A stretch of DNA of 30,621 nucleotides from Balamuthia mandrillaris (lineage: Eukaryota): NCBI GenBank assembly GCA_031835245.2, contig JAVKOQ020000067.1, positions 186,001-216,621 on the forward strand, given 5' to 3'. The first letter of the stretch is position 1; each line of letters opens with the position of its first letter. Shown piece after piece: positions 23,766 through 30,621 of this stretch. The notes beneath the pieces were generated by a model that saw only the letters and a list, made by a program, of their open reading frames with translations, ran no database searches and was not told the DNA's origin. A program made the position numbers and the translations under genes.

Positions 23766-25815
23766 GGTGTTAAATAACCTTCAAATGTAACGACATGATT
23801 CCAATGATTTGGTATTCCTTTGGTGACTTGTTGGCGCAACGAAAGGAAATAAAGAGGAGGAGCAGAAAATGCATCCTCTTGGTGATGGCAGCTGAGGTTG
23901 CCATTGTTGTTGTTGTTGTTGTTGGAAGAGGAGGATGAAAGTTTAGGTCGAAATGCCACAATATCACCCAAATGAATGTTTGCAGCTGTAATGGCTCTGG
24001 CACCAGTACAAACACTGTGTAACCAACAACTGGCTTCACCAGCTTTGCTCACCAGTCCATCTGGAGTGGATGCGATGATATGTAAGACATCATCTAACAA
24101 ACATGCGTCTTTGCACAATTGTTTGCTAGAACAGGAGGGTTTGGCTCTTTTGCAATGCTGAATGGCCTGTTTGACTTGATCTTTGATGGCATCCATTTGG
24201 TTTTTTAGCAACAACAAGTAAGCATGGTCTGAGGTTGCCGTCAATGCTGTAGTGCGTCCTGTCGCTCCTGTTGTGGCTACTCGAGTGACACCATCACCAA
24301 GAATGGTTCTGGATAAAGGAGAAGGAGGAGGAGAAGTGGTAGGTGATGATGATGCTGGAGACAAAGAGATCATGGAGGAAACAGAGGAGGAGGAGGAGGA
24401 GGAGGAGGAAGAGGAGAAGGAGGAGGATGCAGAAAGGGAGTCAAGCTGTTGTTGGATACTTTCATCATGCAAATGATAAAGACTGGCAATCATGACATCA
24501 CACACAGAGCTCAAGGCATAACCCACATCCAAAATCAACCATTGAACAAAGGCTCCTACATTATGATGTTGGAGATTCAAAGGAAGAGCTGGCAAACATT
24601 TATGATGCGCACAATGTGCTTCCCAGATGGTCAAAGTCCAGGCATGTTTATGTTGGGTAGAAGGGCTTCATCGACTCATCACTGTCGTCAACTCTGTCCA
24701 TTGCTCTTCTGTCAAATGGTTCATCAATGTGATAGCACGAGAAAGACGTCTTCCTGCACCATCACCACCACCATTACTACTACTGCTGTCATGTGTAGTA
24801 TCATCATCAGTATCATCCTTTGTTCTAGCTCTATTTTGTTGTTTCTCTATTTTTCTCTTTTTTCCTTGTTTTTCTTCTTTTTGTTCTTCTTCATCTTCTT
24901 CTTCGTCTTCAGTTAACAACAACAAATCTATCAATGTTGGTGGAGTTGTTGTTTTGCTTGTTGCATCTATATCTGTTTCTACTCCTCCTCTTCTTCCTCT
25001 TAATGAGGATGATGATGATGATGATGATGATGATAAATTACTGTCATCACCGCTATCCATAACATCACCATCATTGTTCTCAAAGACAAAGGACTCTGAA
25101 TTTGAAGAAGAAGAAGAAGAAGAAAAAGCAGAAGAAGAAGAAAAAGAAGAAAAAGAAAAAGAAGAAGAAGAAGAAGAAGAAGAAGAACACAAAGAAGAAG
25201 AAGAAGAAGAAGAAGATGAAGAAGATGAAGAAGAAGAAGAAAAAGGAGGAGAAGAAGGGAGAAAAGAAGAAGAAGAAGGAGGAGGAGAAGAAGGAGAACA
25301 AGAAGAAGAAGAAGAAGAAGAAAAAGCAGAAGAAGAAGAAAAAGAAGAAGAAGAAGAGGTCGTCCTTTCTAATGATTGTTGTTGTAGTTGTTGTTGTTGT
25401 TGTAGTTGTTGTGGTTGTGATTGAGTAAATGATGAAGTGGGAGTAATGGTGGTAGTAGTGGATGAAAAGGGTGATGCAGAAAATGGAGGAGGTGAAAAGA
25501 GCTCTGCAGGATTATCAACAACAATAACAGGAGCAGAAGCAACAACAGTAGCTGGTGGTGGTGTTTTTAACAAATAATGATCCAAAAACTGCTTGCGAAC
25601 AAATGACTGAGTGTTGAGAGCCTGATAGGGAGCAAAGTGATGATTGAAAGATGTTGCTGATGAGGATGAGGATGATGATATTGAGACAATCGTTACTTCA
25701 TCATCCTCTTCTGTTGCTGCTGCTGTTGCTATTGCTACCTCTTTGTTGTTGTTGTTGTTGTTGTTATTTAGTGATGATGGTTGGTCAAAGACAGCAGGAA
25801 TAGATATATTATCTT
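21507..25815 (-). pseudogene. Tyrosine recombinase with C-terminal telobox-like Myb domain (copy 1), in-frame TGA at 24670-24668
   Basis: Catalytic set R (TGARAI), K (VTKG), HxxR (FSFHSLRAGF), W (IAGW) and Y (QQVYIK). Later exons are 22923-22803 and 22368-21507. Myb domain TWQAPEIRRL..WLEIAKHL..RTNNDCYDKWRNL at about 21866-21729. The 5' end and the splice donor near 23110 are unresolved. Confidence 0.88.
22679..22746. repeat. (GATA)n microsatellite in an intron of YR copy 1
   Basis: Directly visible tandem repeat. Confidence 0.95.
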
Positions 25816-26006
25816 CTGTTTGTTGTTGTTGTTAAACAAGCAAATTGTAGACACAAACACAAACACAAACAACAAATGTTGGAAACAAAAGAAACAAGAA
25901 GTTAGTAGGTCTAGTCTGGATGAATGAAGATATAGATAATAATAAATAATGAGAACTATTTGGAGACTTGTTTTTGTTTTTCCTCTCCTTTCCATTCTTT
26001 ATCATT

Positions 26007-26042
<36 letters not shown>

Positions 26043-26442
26043 TTTTTCTTTCTTTCTTTCTTTTTTTCTTTCTTTCTTTCCTTTTTACATCTGGCAGTAG
26101 CAGGAGGTTCATTTTTATAATTGCCTTTTCATTCTTTGTTTGTTTACATTTCTTGTTGTCTTTCTATTAGTATTATTATTTGCAACAATACTACTGTTTT
26201 TGCTTGTTTGTCATGTCACTCACTCCCTTATTCACCATGCTATGCTTAACAACTCTTACCATCACCATCACTGCCACCACCACCATCACTGTTCTACCAT
26301 CCATCCATCTATCCATCCATCCATCCATCCATCCATCCATTGTTTAACCAGTATTATTACCACCGATCAACCAACCAATCAACTAACTCAAGCTTTCTCT
26401 CAAACAACCAAACTAATATAACGAAAAAGAGGAAGAGATCAC

Positions 26443-26857
26443 CTGCCTGAGTTATGGTGTTGTGAACGAGTTGTGGCTCCTTTTCTGCTGCTACTGCTAG
26501 ATGAGGCAGCCACGGCAGCAGCAGCTCTTTGCAAAGATGATTTGGCAGCAGCAGTAGCAATAGCCTTTTGAGCAGCAGCTGCAGCCTTGCGCGTAGATTT
26601 GCTGCTAGGGCTCTTAGTAGCACTTGTGTTTTCCTCTTCTTTCTGTTTTTCTGCTTCTTTTTCACCAGCTTCTGCTTCTGCTGCTTTTGGTTCTTCTTTT
26701 TCTTTTTCTTCTTTTTTTTCTTTTTCTTTTTTTTCTTCTTCTTCTTCTTCTTCTTCTTTTTGTTCTTGTTCTTCCTGCTCCTCCTCCTCCTCTTCTTCAT
26801 TTTGTGCTGCTGCTGCTGCTGCTTGTTTCTCTGGGCCATTAGCAGGTTTTTTTGATA
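26443..26857 (-). other. Orphan exon encoding an Ala/Glu/Lys-rich low-complexity segment
   Basis: Flanked by a polypyrimidine-TAG acceptor (26860-26858) and a GTGATC donor (26442). Open frame SKKPANGPEKQAAAAAQNEEEE..STRKAAAAAQKAIA..HNSG. Confidence 0.45.
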
Positions 26858-26969
26858 CTAGAACAACAACAACAACAACAAAAATCAGTAAGGCTTGAAT
26901 GAGAAATCACAAAGGCATAACAGTGCAAACAAACTTCAAAAAGATAGCGCTCCGCTGGAGCGCTATAGG

Positions 26970-26987
26970 TTAGGGTTAGGGTTAGGG
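26970..26987 (+). repeat. Interstitial telomere-type repeat (TTAGGG)3
   Basis: Three perfect TTAGGG units preceded by TAGG. Confidence 0.9.
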
Positions 26988-27259
26988 GCGAGTACTCTTA
27001 AACCTAAGCTAGCCTCTCCTTGTAACTTAAAGAAATATCATAAAAAACTAAGTCTAAAATAGATACACTTATATTGTGATGAAATTTTTTTTAATCTTTT
27101 CTAAAGTTGTAAATATCAATAAAAAGGCAGTTTTGTTAAAATATTTTTATAATACTAAGAAAAAAATGTTGAAGATAAAGAAATAACAACAACATAAAAA
27201 AAAACTTAATATCATAAAAACATTTCAACATGAAAATAGAAAATAAAAAACAAACAAAA

Positions 27260-29957
27260 TCAAATATTAAAATGTTGACAAATAGCTTTTTCACTACCAT
27301 ACTTAAGCATTAAGTTTCTCCATTTGTCTTTGCAGTCCACATTTGTCCTGAGTTGCTGAGGTAAAGTTGATGCAATCTCAACCCAAGTAGCTTTTTTATG
27401 AAGACGCAAATGAATCAACTCTTTTGTTTCTTCATCACTCCAAGGTTGATGTTGACGATGATTGGAAGTTTTGATGCGAGTTCTTGGAGTAGAAGTTTGA
27501 AGTTGAAAGGGTCCATTTTTTCATTTTTTGTAAGGTACTTGCTTCAAAGGTGAATGGTTTTGTAGATGAGGTAATGCAGGTTCTATGAATGCTTCCAAAA
27601 GCTCATCTAAAAGTTGAAAGTTGCCTGCCAACAAGCTTGCAATATGTCTTCTTCCAACAATCGTTTTGATGTGATTAAGTGGTGGTGATGCATCTTGAGA
27701 GTTATTTCTTTGCTTGAATGCTTCCATTTCCTGGCTCATCTCTTCTTCAACTTCATCTTCATGATTGTCTATCCATGCATGTAAGCACTTTTGCCATAAA
27801 GACTTGCATAATTTAGCATGATCTGACTTGGATAAATCAGTTCTGCTTTGGAATCTAAAATAAATAAAAATTAATGAATAAAATGAGTGAGTTAAGCACA
27901 AGAAAAATAAACAAAATAAACAAAATAATAATAATAATAAAGTAAAAAATACACCAACCTTTCCATAACTTTGTCATAAAAGGCTTCATAATTAGTTTGT
28001 AAAGACCACTTTGAAGTCAAAGGTTCTTTCAAATTATGAAATACTTCTTTGGTAACTAAAGTTGGATCCATCAAACTGGTTGAAGAGGCTTCACCTAATT
28101 GATTGTATGTGCAAAAGAAAATAAAAAGTAAGATAAGTTTTTCTTTCTTTCTCAAATTAAAAAAAAAAGAAAAAATAAAATACCTGAGGAAGAAACTAAT
28201 CTATTAGCAACCATGGATTTGATAGCAGTGCTTTTCACATAACGTTGTTGAGAACGTCCATAAGGCTGCCAACCAGCAATAAAAGCTGTAGATTCCAGTA
28301 CTGCATTTCTTTGTTGACTGTCATTCAAACCCTGCTTGATCAAAGCAGTGCAAATGAAACCAGCTCTCAAAGAATGGAAAGTAAAGAGGCCTGGAGGATA
28401 GTTGGCTTGGCTAGCACATTTCTTCAGTCTGGCATTCAAAGCATCAGGGCTCAGTCCCCACAAAGAAGTAGCTTGTTGTTGAGGAGAAAGATTCCAAGCA
28501 GAAAACTCTTCTAAGCATAAAGAATGAGTTTCTTGAAGATGAAGATTAAGCCAGTAGATGAAGTCAGCTGTGGGGTTGATGTGAGGAGGAGGATGAAGGT
28601 AGCCTTCCAAAGTAATCATGTGATTCCAATCTCCTGGTTTTCCTTTGGTAACTTGATGAAGAAGTGAAAAGAAGCAGAGACTGTGAGGATCAGAGGGATC
28701 TTGGATGATGAAGTTCTGAAAATGTCCAAGAAGAATGTTGGAAGCTGTGATGGCTCTAGCTCCAGTGCTTACACTATGCAACCAACAACTGGCATCTCTT
28801 GCTTTTTTGCGTTTACCATCCGGAATCATCGTTATGATTTGAATCACATCATCCCTCAAACAAGCATCTCTCATTCTTCCTGATCTTGTACAAGATGGAG
28901 CACGTTGTTTGCACTTCTTTGCTGCCAAATTCACAGTATCTTGTATCTTTTGTGGTACTTGCTCTCCTCCTGTTTCTTCCATATGAATATGATACAAACT
29001 TGCCACAATAACATCTTTTGCTGAAGTCAAAGCATATCCAACAGTCATCACCAACCATTCCACAAATGCTCCAAGATGATGTTTATCTGCATCCAAAGGA
29101 AAAGGTTCAAGTTTCCACTTATCACAAAATGCTGTCCAAATCAATCTGGCCCAGGCATGTTTTCGCAAAGTTGAATCACTCCATCATGAAGAAGTTGCAC
29201 TCAAGTATTCCCATCTTTCTAACATTAAAGAAGGAAGCATACGAATAGCTCGAGACACTCTTGCTGATGGGGTAGTGGTTGGTAATGCTTGTGATGATTG
29301 TTGTTGTGGTTGTACTTTCTCTTTTCTTTTTGTTTTTGTTGGTTCATTTTCTGCTTCACTTTCTGAAGAAGAAGAAGAAGAAGAAGAAGAACAATCTACC
29401 AAATCAATGAAAAGAGTAGAAGTTGTTGTTGGAGTTGTTGAAGTTGTAGTCAAGTCTATTAAAGAAGAAGAAAAAGAAGAAGAAGAAGAAGAAGAAAAAT
29501 AAAAATCATCATTATTGGTCTCTCTTTCCTTCTCTTTTTCTTCTTCATCTGATGTTGCAAAAAAACTATCATTATCTTCTTCAAAATTAAAAGCATCATT
29601 GTCATCATAAAAAATGGGAATGAATGAAGAAGAAGAAGAAGAAGAAGAAGAAGAAGAAGAAAAAAAAGAAGAAGATGATGATGATGATGATTTCAAGGTG
29701 GAAGTTGAAGTTGTAGAAGAAGTAGATGCAGATGATATTATCATTTTTTGTTTTTGTTGAGTGTGAAAGGATCTTTGAAGCAAGATAAAAATGAATAAGA
29801 AATAATAATTCAAAAAAAATTACTTTTAAAATAAATAAACAAACCTTTTACATTTTTTGCTACAAAAAAGTTGATTTGATTGAGGACAAGGAATCAAATT
29901 CAAACAAAGTGAACAATGTACTTTTTTTGAAGTTGAAGGTAGCATTGTTGTTGACAT
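27260..29957 (-). pseudogene. FCS-type zinc finger + tyrosine recombinase + telobox-like Myb (copy 2), with two in-frame TGA codons
   Basis: Exons 29957-29845, 29772-28184, 28094-27959 and 27854-27260 splice in frame. Motifs are CSLC..FCSKKCKRSFH; TGARAI, VTKG, FTFHSLRAGF, IAGW and QQRYVK; and PWSDEETKEL..WVEIASTL..RTNVDCKDKWRNL (27445-27311, absent from the ORF track). TGA codons at 29186-29184 and 27523-27521. Confidence 0.9.
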
Positions 29958-30294
29958 AAAATATTGGTAGAAAATAAAAAAAAAATTCACTTAAAAAGAC
30001 TTTGTAAAAGAAAAAACACAATTAAAAAAATAAGAGGGGAAAAACAAGTGGAAAAAGTGTGAACTGTTTGTGAAAAAATAAAAAAATAAACTTTAATTGT
30101 AAAAAAAATGTTTGAGGAGTTAAATTTTGGATTTTTGTAGACATGTCGACAGAAAATAACCGAAAAACCATAATAGAAAGGCGCTATCGAAGGATGACTA
30201 TTTAAAAGGGCGAAAAAAACATTATATTTTTCGAAAGCTCCAGGGAAAAGAAGGGGAGATTAACCTAGGTCGTTCAATTGATTGATTGGCTTAC

Positions 30295-30385
30295 GTTGTT
30301 ACATATGAACCAATAATTGAAAGCATTTAGTACTGGTGAAAGAACAATGCTGGAAATTGTTGGGACAGGGGCACTGCCTTGCCAT
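30295..30385 (-). pseudogene. Possible first exon with a C2H2-like zinc finger and a premature stop
   Basis: MARQCPCPNNFQHCSFTSTKCFQLLVHM*Q followed by a strong GTAAGC donor at 30294. The frame choice is uncertain. Confidence 0.3.
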
Positions 30386-30621
30386 ATCTTTCCGTTAAGA
30401 CAAAATGGCTGCATGGGCCCACCCGCTTCTCATTCCTGCATTCACTTGAAGAAGGAAATATCCGTTGAAATATTGCATTGAGATTGGGTTCCTTTGGAAA
30501 GGTTTGTTTGGTATAGAGAAGAGTAGTCACTTAGAAGGACAACCTGACTCTGGAGTGATTTTTTTTTGAAATTTTTTTTAAATATAGCAATTTTATCCAA
30601 GTTAAAAAAAAAAACAAATGA

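Larger units (their letters stand above)
21363..26965 (-). mobile_element. Tyrosine-recombinase (Crypton-like) DNA element, copy 1; right boundary uncertain
   Basis: The left end GGGTTAGGGGCGGGTACTCAGAACCTA is homologous to the left end of copy 2 and coincides with the point where the MULE reading frame is cut. Contains a YR gene and no RT. Confidence 0.55.
26966..30270 (-). mobile_element. Tyrosine-recombinase (Crypton-like) DNA element, copy 2, probably complete
   Basis: An AT-rich block bounded by the TAGGT direct repeat (26966-26970 and 30266-30270) and the TAGGTTA/TAACCTA inverted repeat. (TTAGGG)3 lies at the left end. It holds a single spliced YR gene. Confidence 0.65.

Noticed and set aside
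24627..25428. Long poly-Glu, poly-Lys and poly-Phe ORFs
   Set aside because: These are antisense or alternate frames of the (GAA/TTC)n tract encoding poly-Ser in YR copy 1.
26970..26987. True chromosome end or telomere fusion
   Set aside because: Only three repeats, internal, and embedded in a motif shared with 21366-21392.
21363..30270. DIRS/Ngaro retrotransposon interpretation of the YR genes
   Set aside because: There is no associated RT/RNase H in the same unit. The neighbouring RT belongs to an LTR element with its own DDE integrase, LTRs and TSD, and the YR genes contain introns.
1..30621. CRISPR arrays, rRNA or prokaryotic operons
   Set aside because: None seen. The repeats are microsatellites or LTRs and the genes have spliceosomal introns.

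Overview
Eukaryotic, intron-containing, microsatellite-rich DNA. An amoebozoan-like protist origin is my inference from gene content and intron style. The left part (1-13.6 kb) holds NOB1 (partial), an F-box/AGC-pseudokinase fusion, a secreted His-rich TPR protein, an IPNS-family 2OG-Fe(II) oxygenase, a decayed Crinkler-like SAM/NTPase/kinase locus, a Ty3/Gypsy remnant, a LURP-one/tubby-C-like gene, and ADP-ribosylglycohydrolase and ankyrin fragments. The right part (13.9-30.6 kb) is a CpG-depleted nest of mobile elements. A MULE/SWIM transposase pseudogene is split by a full-length, decayed chromodomain Ty3/Gypsy element (133/139-bp LTRs, GCAG target duplication). It is followed by two diverged, intron-containing tyrosine-recombinase (Crypton-like) elements. 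The most interesting signal is that both recombinases end in a telobox-like Myb domain (RTNVDCKDKWRNL / RTNNDCYDKWRNL), and both elements carry a conserved terminus containing TTAGGG. This suggests a recombinase transposon that reads telomere-type repeats. All calls come from manual reading; no searches were run.
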